Source of the DNA: Eledone cirrhosa
Taxonomy: Eukaryota
Assembly (NCBI GenBank): GCA_964016885.1
Contig: OZ024740.1
Coordinates: 377,084,001-377,148,000, forward strand
Direction of reading: 5' to 3'
Length of the DNA stretch: 64,000 nt
In this document: piece by piece, positions 26,019-38,890 of the stretch
Layout: each line of letters opens with the position of its first letter
Numbering within the stretch: the first letter of the stretch is position 1
Translations under genes and position numbers: made by a program
The notes under the pieces: generated by a model
What the model was told of the DNA's origin: nothing
Databases searched by the model: none
The model's input: only the letters and a program-made list of their open reading frames with translations

Positions 26019-26624
26019 AAAATCACTGACAAGGGACTAATTTTATCATATGTAACCCATGTGCAACCACGCAGTATTCTTCTTTCTTCTCATGTTTTTT
26101 ATACATATTTACCTCGGCTGCGTTTGTCTGTTTCTCTCTTACTGCTTCCCCGTTCTCTCCTTCTTTCGCCCCCTCTGTCAGTTACACTTTCTCTCAACTG
26201 ACCTCTTCCTCGCACTTCCACTCACTCACTCTCTGTTTCTCCCCCTCTCACTTCCTCCCGTTTGGCTAGTAGTGGGGTCTCTTCTTGCTCACATCTCACT
26301 CACGTCGGACAGTCTGTATCTTGATCGCTCATGAAATCCACCCAGCTTATGCTGACCGGATAACCATGTTGCTTGTTTATTTTCCTATCTTCGGTTTGCT
26401 TTTATCCTTCTTTGTTGTTTACTTGTCTCACTCGCTTTACGCGATTTACTTGTCCCAATAGCTTTTTTTAGTTATTGCTCGCACCAACCTGAAGTATATG
26501 ATTTTTAATGCGATGAAATATCAATGATGGTTGGCAAATCACTGACGAGGGACTAATTTTATCATATGTAACCCATGTGCAGCCACGGAGTATTCTCCTT
26601 TCTTCTCGTGTTTTTTATACATAT
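26019..26624 (+). mobile_element. ~600-bp element with ~90-bp terminal direct repeats in (TA)n; degenerate HHR-like motif near 26483-26535
   Basis: aaatcactgac(a/g)agggactaattttatcatatgtaacccatgtgc...ttttttatacatat at 26019 and 26536; CCAAC CUGAAGU...GAAA...GUUGG. Confidence 0.65.
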
Positions 26625-26956
26625 ATATATAATGGCATTATTGCTTTTGACAACAGCTGGTGATATGCATGTAAATAAATATTCTCTTTATCTGATATTT
26701 TGTAACTAACCTTACATAGGATCGATATCGAAGTATAGTTACGATGTATTATCATCACCTAGAAACGATCGTAAAGCAGTGAAGTATATTTCTAATGACT
26801 TGATTTTTTATTTCATTGTTTTAACTTATATCATGACTGTTTTCCTTTTAATGTTTTATTGTTTTCCGGGATTTATTTTAACCTACACCATTTTCAACAT
26901 ATGGATTACATTGAGTTCTTCATGCAGACTAGACCCCACAACTTACCGTGGATATC

Positions 26957-27011
<55 letters not shown>

Positions 27012-27672
27012 AAAACCTCGTCCTTCTGTTCGTGCGCCCGGCAAACATATAAGTTCCTAAAAGGGTCTTTCCCCAGCTGTCATGTTTTCATTTTCCGGAG
27101 GGAAGTGCTATGTATGTGTCAATTAGTGAATCTGGAATCACGTGCCCACCACGGAATTAGGGTCGTAAATTACCAAAGGATAACCCTTGAAGTGTGTTGT
27201 GTTGACCTGCACCAAACGACAGTCTACGCGTAGCTAGATTTCAACAGATAGTGGAAGCAATAAACGGAACTCTGAGGGATGGCGATATAGACAGTTTGAT
27301 GACAGCTATATTCAAAACAACCGCAACACCAGCAACAACAATATCAACAACAACAGCAACATCGGCCACATCGCCTACACTTGCTGTTGTGGTAGCAGTG
27401 ATAGTGTCACCCTGTTAATGACAGCAACTATATATCTACATGATAGCCAGGCAGCGGCAACAACAAGAGGCCAGCACGTGGGACCCCATTTGTTCACCAT
27501 ACGGAGAGATGGGGAGGGCGAGAGAGATGACAGTGGGAGTTCGGCTCTTCCACGTTCGCACCATATCCTTGTAGTTGTGTTCATCAAGCCCTTGTGCAGT
27601 AATGAAATATATGTAAAAATAATTAACCACATGAACAAGAATAACAATAGCAATAGCAATAATAATTGTTTC

Positions 27673-27742
<70 letters not shown>

Positions 27743-28289
27743 ATAACAATAGTAATGAATCCGTCACGACGATGGCGGCCATAAAAAGGGGTTTGGTGGT
27801 GTCGGAGGCTGTAAATAAATTCCTACATTAATAATGATAATAATCGTTTCTACCCTTTGGCACAAGACCAGCAATTATCGCAGTGCATTACTGGTACTTT
27901 GTGCATAATAATAATTAGTAGTAACAACAGTAATTAGTGTTACTACATTGGTATTAATAATAACAACGCCCGAATAAAATGGCACTGCTAGACTGTGGAT
28001 GCGAGTTGTAGGTAGCGAACATAGGAACAAAAAATATACATAAATAAAAATGCAGGTATACATACAGAGAACAAGGAACAAGGTACAAAGGGATATAAAA
28101 CACGGACCCTCATGTCGCGAGTATACAATCCTATACGTACATGACATAATTATGGTAGTGTGATTCGAGGCGGGCGCACACAGACCAGCCAGGATTCGCC
28201 CGAGGTTGAGGTCGGTGTTCGGCCACGCCCGGCTCTCATGGTCAAGCTTTGTACCAGACCATAGCGATTACAACTACATTGCTAATATG

Positions 28290-28900
28290 GATAGTCTGAG
28301 GAAGGTTGCAGTTGATCTGTGGTGGCAGGTGTTGAACAGGTTACATCTTTTATTGATAAGTTGTGCTTCCCTCTTGATTATCTCCATAATTTCGGTGACA
28401 CAGAAATTGCGTGAATCATGCCCTCCTCCCCTATAGGGTTGGGCTGGGGTGACCTTGGACCATGACAGGGTGTATCCAATGTTGACATGTTTGAGTCGCT
28501 ACACCTGTTCGGAGAAGGTGGTGCTATTTTTCTTATCCACACACTACAAAGTGTAGCAGTGGTTGTACCAGCGTTCCTTAATTTGAAAAACCTTCACCTA
28601 TATTGGAGCCGTAGCTCCGATATAGGTGAAGGTTCTGCTATAGGTACTTACCCTACATTCATAAACTAAGTTACTGCTAAGGCATTTACCTTCCAGGGGA
28701 AGTTAGCGGGGTTTCTACAATTATAGTCCGGGGAGGTGTTGCTTCCTGGATTACCGGATCGTGCTGTATGATTCCGTGGTCGTACCCAGCCCATATTGCT
28801 ATTATCGAAGGAAAAAGCATTTGTCTTGTCTTCTTCATCCTGGTTGATGACTCCCACGGAGTCTAAGGATTATATATTTTGTGACATGTTTCTAGTTGTG
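28290..28900 (-). mobile_element. PLE GIY-YIG C-terminal fragment
   Basis: YNCRNPANFP; STTFSEQV*RLK..GYTLSWSKVTPAQPYRGG..NFCVTEIMEII...LINKRCNLFNTCHHR. Confidence 0.75.
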
Positions 28901-29139
28901 GAGTAGGACAATTTAATTGTGTGCATGTTGAAAATAGCGTGGTACCTGTGCTAGGGAAGTGCTTATCCAAAGCCCTGAAGAAAGTGGCCGCGAGGTTGCT
29001 GCGCAGTCCGGCGCAAAAGGGAGGTGTTATACCTTACGAAATTGCGGGAACGGGTTCGCTTCTTGGTGTTGGCCTCGGTCCCGTTACTTGCTCTGTACGG
29101 GTATATATCCAAAATGGTTGACAGAATAGGAACGTGTGT

Positions 29140-29340
29140 TTTTATTCTCATTCTTTTCCGTTCCTTCCTCTTCTCACACTTTATCTTTCTATTTTATCTT
29201 TTATTTCTAATTATATCTTTCGATCAAGGACTAATGTCCGAAATGTTCAGACACTTTTCCTCTTAATTCAAGAGTAAAACTAATATGTTTCTTCAATGTA
29301 CTGTGTCGTTTGCTCTGTTATTTCTGTTTAATTTTTACAC
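29140..29340 (+). mobile_element. PLE tail with degenerate HHR (family of 1150-1250)
   Basis: tcttt cgatca aggac-taat-gtcc gaaa tgttc aga at 29216-29251. Confidence 0.55.
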
Positions 29341-29359
29341 ACACCGACACACACACACC

Positions 29360-29893
<534 letters not shown>

Positions 29894-30008
29894 CGTAATG
29901 CCTCTCTGGTTTGTTCCAGTTCCATTTTTCACTATATATATAATGTAATCTGAGTTTTTCGAATATTAATAATAATATTCAATTCTTTACATAATTGCAC
30001 ACGAATTA

Positions 30009-30200
30009 GAGCGTTGGATTGGCAGAATCGGTAGAGCGTCGGATAAAATGTTTCGTGGCATAGAGCTTTGGCCCTTTACATTCTGCGTTCAAATCCCGAC
30101 GAGGTTAACTGTGCCTTTCATCTTTACGCGTCGATAAAATAAAGTACCAGTTATGCACTGGGGTGATTGCTGGCTTTGTGCCAAAAGTAGAAACAATTAT
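30009..30200 (+). mobile_element. SINE copy
   Basis: ggattggcagaatcggtagagcg...gttcaaatcccgacgagg...gtcgataaaataaagtaccag...gtgccaaaagtagaaacaattat. Confidence 0.88.
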
Positions 30201-30482
30201 TAATATTCGAAAAACTCAGATTACATTTATTGTATTCAGCCATGAATAGCAATCATTTTTTTAAAATATATATATATTTCTTTAAGTCGTTTGGAAGCCT
30301 CGACAATGCAGATGGGTAAATCTCCGGGTAACAAGATCCGGTGGTGGAGAGAGAGATGTAAGTGGGTGTACGTTGAGATGCATGGCGTGTAGAAGACGTG
30401 TAGAGGAATGAAGGAAAGAGCATAAAGGATAAAATTAAAATAACAACACGAGAGAGAGTTACCTTAGGAGAGATTTAATTAT

Positions 30483-30518
30483 CCCTATATATTTCGGATT
30501 AACATCCATCAACTGGGG
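30483..30518 (-). ncRNA. Hammerhead-like variant (CAGUUGA core)
   Basis: CCC CAGUUGA U GGAU-GUUA-AUCC GAAA UAUA UA GGG, then UUAAAUCUC as at 50289. Confidence 0.55.
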
Positions 30519-30735
30519 TTTTTTTTCGGGGGAGGGGAGGTTGTCTGTCGGAAAGGTGTTAAAAGTGTCCTCTGCTGTACGTTGTTTTGAATATCTGAGG
30601 TATTCAGCAGAGCGCGCGTGCGCGTGAAATGGGGTCAATCAAGCAGAGGTCAGCGGCCGAAGTAGTTCTTTCAATTGTGGGAGTGGAGTGGTGCTAGCTG
30701 TCAGACAATAGTATTCTCTGCCTGTTTGGTGAATG

Positions 30736-30768
<33 letters not shown>

Positions 30769-30969
30769 TGTTGTCTCGCTTGAGTGTGTGTGTGTGTGCG
30801 TGTGTTGTTGCCTTGTTCCTCTGTATTGGCAGTGTAGTATCTTCGTATGGTGGAATGCTACTGTGTGTGTGTGTGTGCGTGTGTTGCTTTCTCGCTTGTG
30901 TGTGTGCGTGTGTTGCTGCATATATATATATATATATATATATATGTATCTGTATATATATATGTATAT

Positions 30970-33900
30970 ATATTGTTATACTTTGGAAGGGTCATGTTGC
31001 CAATAAGAAACACTCGTACCAGTTGCTTTCACTCCAATTTATTATAAATTAAATTTATAAATTTAAGAATATATAAATTTCCGGTTGGTTGGTTGGTTCC
31101 ACAACAGGACGGTTGTTCATATATTGTCAAAGTTCTTTCGTCACACATTCTGTGACTTTTTCAGTGACTGGGGATTCTTCTCTTTGTTTGTTCTATGTGT
31201 GTGTGTGTTTTCATTTTGTCCTTAATTGTAAGTTGTGATGTTGCTATTCCATTCATGTTTTCTATTTAATTTTGGCTGGAGTTCATTTATGTTTATTGCC
31301 TCTGTGGTTTGTCTAAACATTGCGTCTTTTCTGTGTGTAGATTTTATTTTTATTTCTTTTGTTCTCTAATTTGCCCTTATGTTCTATTTTAGCATGTTGG
31401 TGGAGTACTGATGAATCCTTTCGATCGTGAAGCTCTCGCCAGTGTTCATTTAATCGTTCTCCTATACTACGAGCTGTCTCACCTATGTACACTATATTCT
31501 TATCTTTACATTGTCCTTCAGTACATTTTATGCTATATACTATGTTTCTAGTTTTACAGTTAATATGGGGGATTAGTTTATAGATTATGCATTTCTTATC
31601 TATACAGGGAGGTCTTTGAAAAGGGTAAGTATTACAAATAAGTGTTTTTATGGAGGTACCTGGTCTTTCTACTATCTTAATATTTAGTTTAAGTTTATCT
31701 AGGGCCCTTCTAAATTTGTAAGCTAATTCACCTCTAGGGGTTGTAATGAGTGACATTACACGCTGGTATTTATTGCTATCATACCATGAGTTTATTCTAT
31801 TAGCCTTATTCCTAGTACTTTCTATTCTATTCCAAAATGTGCTCCTATACAAGGGGCAGGTCCCATTTGTATCATTATTTACCATTTTTTCCCATTTGGT
31901 TCTGGCTCCTCTATATACTCTGATTTTATCTCTCTGATTGTAACCAGAGAACTGCATACGGTGGATGAAGTGTTGTATGTGTCTCTAGTTCTTTGGGGTT
32001 GCACGTGCGGGACACGTTTCTCATCACCCGTAACAAATCCGCAATCAGTATGTTGATTTTGGTATGATCCGAAACAGCTGAGTTTCGATGGATCAGATAT
32101 TTGGAAGTCATGGGTTTGGTATAATGGGAATGGAGGATTTGTTTTTTGTTATTAATAGTTTCTAACCAGAGCTCTGTGTCTAGTAGAGGTAATCGATGGT
32201 TGGGGTGTTTGCTTGGGTAGTCTATAGTAACTCTAATACACCGGTGGAAGGAGTTAGCTATTTGCTGGATGCTTTCCATGGTGTTTTTCTCTAATTCCTG
32301 ACTGTTCTCTAATGGGGGTGTTTTTACTACGATGTTTATGTCATCAACGTTACGAGAGTACATTATCAGGGTTAAGAGGTTGCTGTCTTCTAATTGTTCT
32401 TTAAGTTTAAGTTTAAGTTTATTGTCCCACCATACCATGAATAGGCTAGCTATGTCACCTGCAATGGCTGCTCCCTCCTCTTGGGCATATGTTTTTCCAT
32501 TAAATTTGAACATATGTTCCTTAAGGATTAGTTTTATACTGGCCCCCACCGCATGTGCAATCATTTTATTTAGTTCATCGTGGTTTTCTCGAGTCCGTAT
32601 GGCTCTGGTCCGCCCGTTCCATCATTCTGTGTTGGTTTTCTTGGCCATTGAAGTAATGGTAGGTGGTCTGCCTCTTGCTGGTCTTGTGGGGCAGGGGTTG
32701 CTAAGGTCATACGTATCTAGATAATCATTACTATAAGTAAGTTTAAGTAGGAGTCCCAGCTCACTGGTATCAATCCCACGGAATTCAATATTGCTCTCAC
32801 TGATCTTTTCTACGCATTTCTCCACAGCAAAATCCACGTCAATGGATGGATAGGGGGACACAACATCCATACTACCTATTATACAATCTGTTAGGTCCCC
32901 AGATCGGTTATTTTCGCTGATTCTGCTGAGGAGGTCCTCCGTGCTGTCACATATCCGGGGACATTTCAATGATGGGGCATATGATCAGGGAGAGGAAGTC
33001 TGTAGTTACTAGCAATGTTAGCTCCACAGAATGGCCGTGTTGGTGGTCCTGTGACTGGGTCACTGTTCGTCTTATGGTCTTTTCGAAGCCCATACAACGC
33101 TGGCACATCATTGTTCCAGGCTTGGAAGTTGTTGTCAGTCCGTTTATTGGGCTGCATATGTTTGCCCACATCATTATATGAGCATTGAGGGTTTTCTCCC
33201 TATCCTCATGCTCTTGTGGTGTTACTTCTCTTGTGTTAGTGATGTGGGGTTGCATTGCCTGGATGTAGTTTGGCAGACTGTCAACCGACATTCTGCCAGA
33301 CTTGTATGTTGGAAAGCATGCAATCTCTCCATTACGTGAGCGCTGCATGAGCTTACGCAAGCCATTTGCAGATTTTTCTCCCAGTTGCTGGGCATCCATT
33401 CTATTTTGCTTCTTGCTATACTGTTCTATAATATTTCTAAGTTGAGATCTAGCTATATTAAATTGTGCTTCTGTTTGTTCATCGACCTGCGACGGCAATT
33501 GCGTGCGTTTGTTAAAAGCTAAAGTCATGGTGTGGACTCGTCGTAGGTCGAAGGACATATCGGAAGGATTATAAAAAGTAGAATTCCAGGCTGCTGCTTT
33601 ATGTGTACTATTGCTATTGTTATTGTTAGTTGTGTTGTTTCTATTTCTATTTCCACCAACAGCCTCATGGTTGTTTCTATGTCTCTCATTATTACTCCTG
33701 TCTCTTTCATCTGGCTCATTGTTATTATCTACTCTATTTTGTGTGTCTGTGTGTTAGTCCTGGTTATTTTCTCTGTCAGTATCGATAGTCTCCCTTCTTC
33801 TTTTAATCCCATTACCTTCCCTTACATCTGTGATACTGTCATTATCTGTTTTCTGTGCCTGTGTGTCTGTTAAGATTGTGGTGGTGGGGAGAGGCATAGT
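30970..33900 (-). mobile_element. Disrupted near-complete PLE (RT plus GIY-YIG) of a second lineage, with 3' HHR tail
   Basis: PTYKSGR, PALYGLRKDHK..GPPTRP, SMDVVSPYPSI, YAQEEG, YSRNVDDI, LPLLDT, NIVYSIKC..YIGETARSIGERLNEH across ORFs 31313-33558. Confidence 0.9.
31126..31168 (-). ncRNA. Hammerhead (17687 family; G8->A)
   Basis: GUCA CUGAAAA A GUCACA-GAAUG-UGUGAC GAAA GAAC UU UGAC. Confidence 0.65.
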
Positions 33901-34129
33901 ATGTGTGTGTGTGTGTGTGTTGTTGTTGTTGTTGTTGATGTGGATGTCTGCTGTTGTTGATGTGTGTTGTTGTTATATATATATATATGATAACAAGTTA
34001 TCGTTATAGGTAATCAAGTTAGAGGGTGTGAGTGCTCTGACTCGTGGATAGTTTTAACGTCCGGATTTTTTTTACTCAACTTTAAATAAAGCCCTTATTG
34101 TACAGCGAACCATGTTAATCTTCATTCTT

Positions 34130-34154
<25 letters not shown>

Positions 34155-34160
<6 letters not shown>

Positions 34161-34320
34161 TTGAAAAAAAAGGAAAAAAATGACTTCACTTGTAGTGTTA
34201 AAAATTTTTATGATTTAATGTTATAATATAATATTATAATATTATATTATAACATTAAATCATAAAAATATTTTAACACTACAAGTGAAGTCATTCTTTT
34301 CCTTTTATTTCAGATATATC
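34155..34320. repeat. AT-rich palindrome adjacent to (TA)n
   Basis: aatgacttcacttgtagtgttaaaa...ttttaacactacaagtgaagtcatt. Confidence 0.85.
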
Positions 34321-34473
34321 TAACTGTACCAAGGATCTCACACATTTTCCAAAATATATTCAGAGAACACTTTTCCCTTCAAACATGCTATATTGAAAAC
34401 ATGACTGCGCTCTTGTTTGATCATTTTTATTAATGGGGCTCCATATTTTCTTACTTCCTAAATCCTTGTGTGC

Positions 34474-34512
34474 ATTAACGTTTCGAAGCCTTTACGACTA
34501 CATCTTCGGAAT
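34474..34512 (-). ncRNA. Hammerhead variant (CCGAAGA core) downstream of a decayed GIY-YIG-like tail (~34690-34880)
   Basis: AUU CCGAAGA U GUAGUC-GUAAA-GGCUUC GAAA CG UU AAU; AACGTT palindrome. Confidence 0.6.
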
Positions 34513-35059
34513 CAGAATGGTCATACTTGTGACCAACAAGCCGCGTGATTAGAAGTGGAAGTAAAAGGTCATGAGAATCGTAAGAAGTTATGTTTGCCTC
34601 ATTTAAAATTTCTGAATGGTGGAAGCATGGAGGTTATTACAATTGGCTTCACATGTGCTGTATCTGTGTAAAATGTTTCTTTCTGTTTCTTATATTAATA
34701 GAGCCGCTATAGCTGTTCCCGTTCTTTTGAGTGGAATTCTATATAGAATTGTAATGGTGAATGTAGTCCTACTTAATATGTTGCCATGTACTATATGGAA
34801 ACGTGTTGTGGTGGCTCATTGTTGTATGATTAACCGATGGGATTGTTTCATGTTGTGATATCAATGTAACACTTTTAGAAATGAATACATGTTTGCATTA
34901 AAATGTGTATATCACATCGATCATTTTGTAGTAGGTTCTGTGGTCTATTGCTCTGGTATTTTTATAGTATATCCTAATAAAACAATTTTATATCTACGTA
35001 GTACGCCTTTCATAACAGCTTAGTCTTCGTCAACATCCAAAACATAAACATATACATAC

Positions 35060-35300
35060 CGACCAAAATTAAATATGGAATGATACGCGATGCCCCCCCC
35101 CCCCCCCCCCCACACACAGCCCCAGCGGTCAGAATGGAGAAGGCGTTTCCCCGGAGGACGGCAAGGGAGACGCGCTGGAAAAGCCACTCCAACTCTCGGG
35201 GCTCACACCTGCGGCTGGCCAGCTCAGCGCCTATGGTGTTGAGTAGGGAGGTAGTCTAGGGCCGAGGACACCAGAAGTCTCCACTGCCAAGGATACAACT
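35060..35300 (-). mobile_element. CRE-clade (RLE endonuclease) non-LTR element, 3' fragment
   Basis: LAVETSGVLGP / LNTIGAELASRRCEPRELEWLFQRVSLAVLRGNA. Confidence 0.8.
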
Positions 35301-35392
35301 ATTTCTAGGATTGATGCATGCTTATTTTATGAGTTATTTTTAATAACGCGATCATCCATTCTATAATCAAATACACTCTATACATTTATATA

Positions 35393-36013
35393 TCTATATA
35401 TATAAAATTGTATTTCCTGTTTATTTGTTTGTTTGTTCACGACCTCCTCGTATGGTTTTGGAGATAGACCCCCATATATATTCTGAAACTACATTGCCCA
35501 GGGTATTTGGATAAGCATATTTCATTTTAATCAAAGGGTTCCCTTCGATTTATATGAAATTTAAACCATAGGTAAATGACAAGATAGGATGCCTGTTCAC
35601 ACAATTTCAGCAAATATCAATAATATTAAGACACCCTAATGGGGGTTAAACCTCCTATTAGGGTTCCTCAAGGGAACAAACCTCCGCTGAAAATGTTTTC
35701 CCTTCGATTTATATGAAATTTAGACCATAGGTAAATGACAAGATATGATGCCTATTTACAAAAGTTTTGAATTGATATTTTGAAAAAAATTATTTACAAG
35801 AAACAAAATAAGAATAAGATTTAATAATGTAATTTTGATTTGATATGTTACCAAAAATAATGTTTTCCAATTTTTCATGCATTATATTTTACATTGAGTA
35901 ATATTGAAATGCAGAGTTATTCTCCATAAATTATATCACTGATTTAAAATCAATCATCATTTTCTTACAAAAAAAATGTGTGAAATGCAGCAAGATGCGA
36001 GTAATTCGGCTAG
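35393..36013 (+). mobile_element. Non-autonomous Helitron-like element
   Basis: A|TCTATATATATAAAA start; GCAGCAAGATGC..TTCGG-CTAG|T end; internal duplication ttcccttcgatttatatgaaattt at about 35539 and 35698. Confidence 0.7.
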
Positions 36014-36064
36014 TACGTATATATAAACACACAAACATACACATATACGTGTGAGTGTATGTGT

Positions 36065-36096
<32 letters not shown>

Positions 36097-36465
36097 TTGT
36101 GTGTTTATGTGCGTGTGTGTGCTTACTATACGGAGGTGTCTAGCATTGCCGTAAAGACTGTACAAATATGGTATTGGGACAACTGTACGAATCCAAGTGT
36201 TCTCATTCGCTCTGTATATATGTTTTGTGATCCCAAAACGTTGGAAATAAAAAGGTGTTTGTGTGTGGAATGAGCTATCCAGGAATCTATTATTTGTTCA
36301 TCTATACTATGTTTACATTAGCATATATATATTTACACACGCACACAGATACATACTTATATGTGTATCTTTGTATATTTACGTGTATATGTATCTGTGT
36401 GTGTTGTGCGTATATAGATGTATATCATTGTAAAATAACACACGTGTGTGTATCTAGGAAGTGGT

Positions 36466-36557
36466 AAAAAAAAGAAAAAGAAGAAGAAAAAGAAGAAAAA
36501 GAAAAAGAAGAAAAAGAAGAAAAAGAAAAAGAAAAAGAAAAAGAAGAAAAAGAAAAG
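36466..36557. repeat. Polypurine (GAAAAA/GAA)n tract
   Basis: Direct reading. Confidence 0.9.
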
Positions 36558-36700
36558 GATTGAAGTTTTACGAAAGTCAAGGAAAAGTTGCGTATTCAAG
36601 TATTTTTACGTTGAAATCACGGAATCACTAATCTAAATAGTTTTAAAATACTCTCCGTCATTTTTGACAGGAATTAGGCCCTCCTCTTTCTCTCTCTCTC

Positions 36701-36791
<91 letters not shown>

Positions 36792-36819
36792 CTAGATAGA
36801 TTGATACATACACACACGC

Positions 36820-36864
<45 letters not shown>

Positions 36865-37130
36865 GGAAAAAATGAAACGATATTTCATTTCCCACTCTTA
36901 GTACGGCTGTTACTTAAATATAAGTATGTACACGTACATACATATATGTATACCGACGTACAGTAGTATGTATATATATATATATACATACATGCACACG
37001 TATATATATGCACGTATGGATTCACCGAATATTTATTACGATGCTCGGTGTGTTTGTAAACAAACATCCCGTATTAAGCCGTAGTGTCTAGCAACCACCG
37101 TTGCTCGTTTGTTCAACACTGACAAAGGAA

Positions 37131-37171
37131 CGCTGTACTAGTTTCAAGCTTGTTAGCTATCGTCAGCAACG
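37131..37171 (-). ncRNA. Type-I hammerhead ribozyme, intact core
   Basis: CGUUG CUGACGA U AGCU-AACA-AGCU U GAAA CUAG UA CAGCG. Confidence 0.85.
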
Positions 37172-37553
37172 TATACCTTCCTGCCAGATTGTTGAACGTA
37201 TATACTTACCTTATGCATATTAACGGCTGAGTAGCCTAATTTGCATATCGAGTGGGTTAATCGGCCGGGTGTACCGAAAACGATAAACGGAAAAAATGAA
37301 ACGATATTTCATTTCCCACTCTTAGTACGGCTGTTACTTAAATATAATTATGTACACGTACATACATATATGTATACCGACGTACAGTAGTTTGTATATA
37401 TATATATATACATACATGCACACATATATATATGCACATATGGATTCACCGAATATTTATTACAATGCTCGGTGTGTTTGTAAACAAACATCCCGTATTA
37501 GCCGTAGTGTCTAGCAACCACCGTTGCTCGTTTGTTCAACACTGACAAAGGAA

Positions 37554-37594
37554 CGCTGTACTAGTCTCAAGCTTGTTAGCTATCGTCAGCAACG
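37554..37594 (-). ncRNA. Type-I hammerhead with GAAA->GAGA core mutation
   Basis: Plus strand reads ctagtctcaagc instead of ctagtttcaagc. Confidence 0.75.
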
Positions 37595-37977
37595 TATACC
37601 TTCCTGCCAGATTGTTGAACGTATATACTTACCTTATGCATATTAACGGCTGAGTAGCCCAATTTGCATATCGAGTGGGTTAATCGGCCGGGTGCACCGA
37701 AAACGATAAACGGAAAAAATGAAACGATATTTCATTTCCCACTCTTAGTACGGCTGTTACTTAAATATAAGTATGTACACGTACATACATATATGTATAC
37801 CGACGTACAGTAGTATGTATATCTATATATATACATACATGCACACATATATATATGCACGTATGGATTCACCGAATATTTATTACAATGCTCGGTGTGT
37901 TTGTAAACAAACATCCCGTATTAAGCCGTAGTGTCTAGCAACCACCGTTGCTCGTTTGTTTAACACTGACAAAGGAA

Positions 37978-38018
37978 CGCTGTACTAGTTTCAAGCTTGT
38001 TAGCTATCGTCAGCAACG
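37978..38018 (-). ncRNA. Type-I hammerhead ribozyme, intact core
   Basis: Identical to 37131-37171. Confidence 0.85.
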
Positions 38019-38599
38019 TATACCTTCCTGCCAGATTGTTGAACGTATATACTTACCTTATGCATATTAACGGCTGAGTAGCCCAATTTGCATATCGAGT
38101 GGGTTAATCGGCCGGGTGCACCGAAAACGATAAACGGAAAAAATGAAATGATATTTCATTTCCCATATATATATATAACCCGAAAAATGTGTTTCAGTAT
38201 ATCTTTTGTTTTTTCATTCATATTTCCAATGATGTAAATATTTCAATAAAGGCTTATTTACTTTATTTTACTTCAACACTGGCTTTGAAAGCCAAGTAAA
38301 GTTTAAGAACGTGATTCTATTTAAAATGACAGCTATAGCTTGTCCACATACAGTATATCGAACATCTTCCCCTCTTTTATTTCCAATATGTTTTCTCACA
38401 CTATCCTAAGAATTTTTTGTACTTCTAATTTTTAATAATTCGAGATCTGAATCTGTGTTAAAGTAGCATTTTTGAATTTGTTCAGCATCATTATATGTTT
38501 GCGTTTCTTCTACTTGCTGCATTGAATACTTAAAAAAACATTGATTACTCTTAGTACTTTTGAACATTTAATATTTATTTATATTCCAATATTATTTTG

Positions 38600-38890
<291 letters not shown>

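Larger units (their letters stand above)
36859..38165 (-). mobile_element. Tandem array (~3.1 x 423-424 bp) of an HHR-containing repeat; candidate non-LTR retrozyme
   Basis: Unit starts at 36859, 37283, 37706 and 38130; near-identical units; one HHR and one ATTTGCAT octamer per unit; (TA)n on both flanks. Confidence 0.9.

Noticed and set aside
32622-32624. In-frame TGA joining PLE ORFs 32622-32969 and 31926-32564 as possible selenocysteine read-through
   Set aside because: The position is not a conserved Cys site (likely CGA->TGA), the element has several other frameshifts, and no SECIS was recognised
36859-38165. CRISPR array or tandem gene cluster
   Set aside because: Whole units repeat with no unique spacers, there are no cas genes, the context is eukaryotic and unit ORFs are TA-derived
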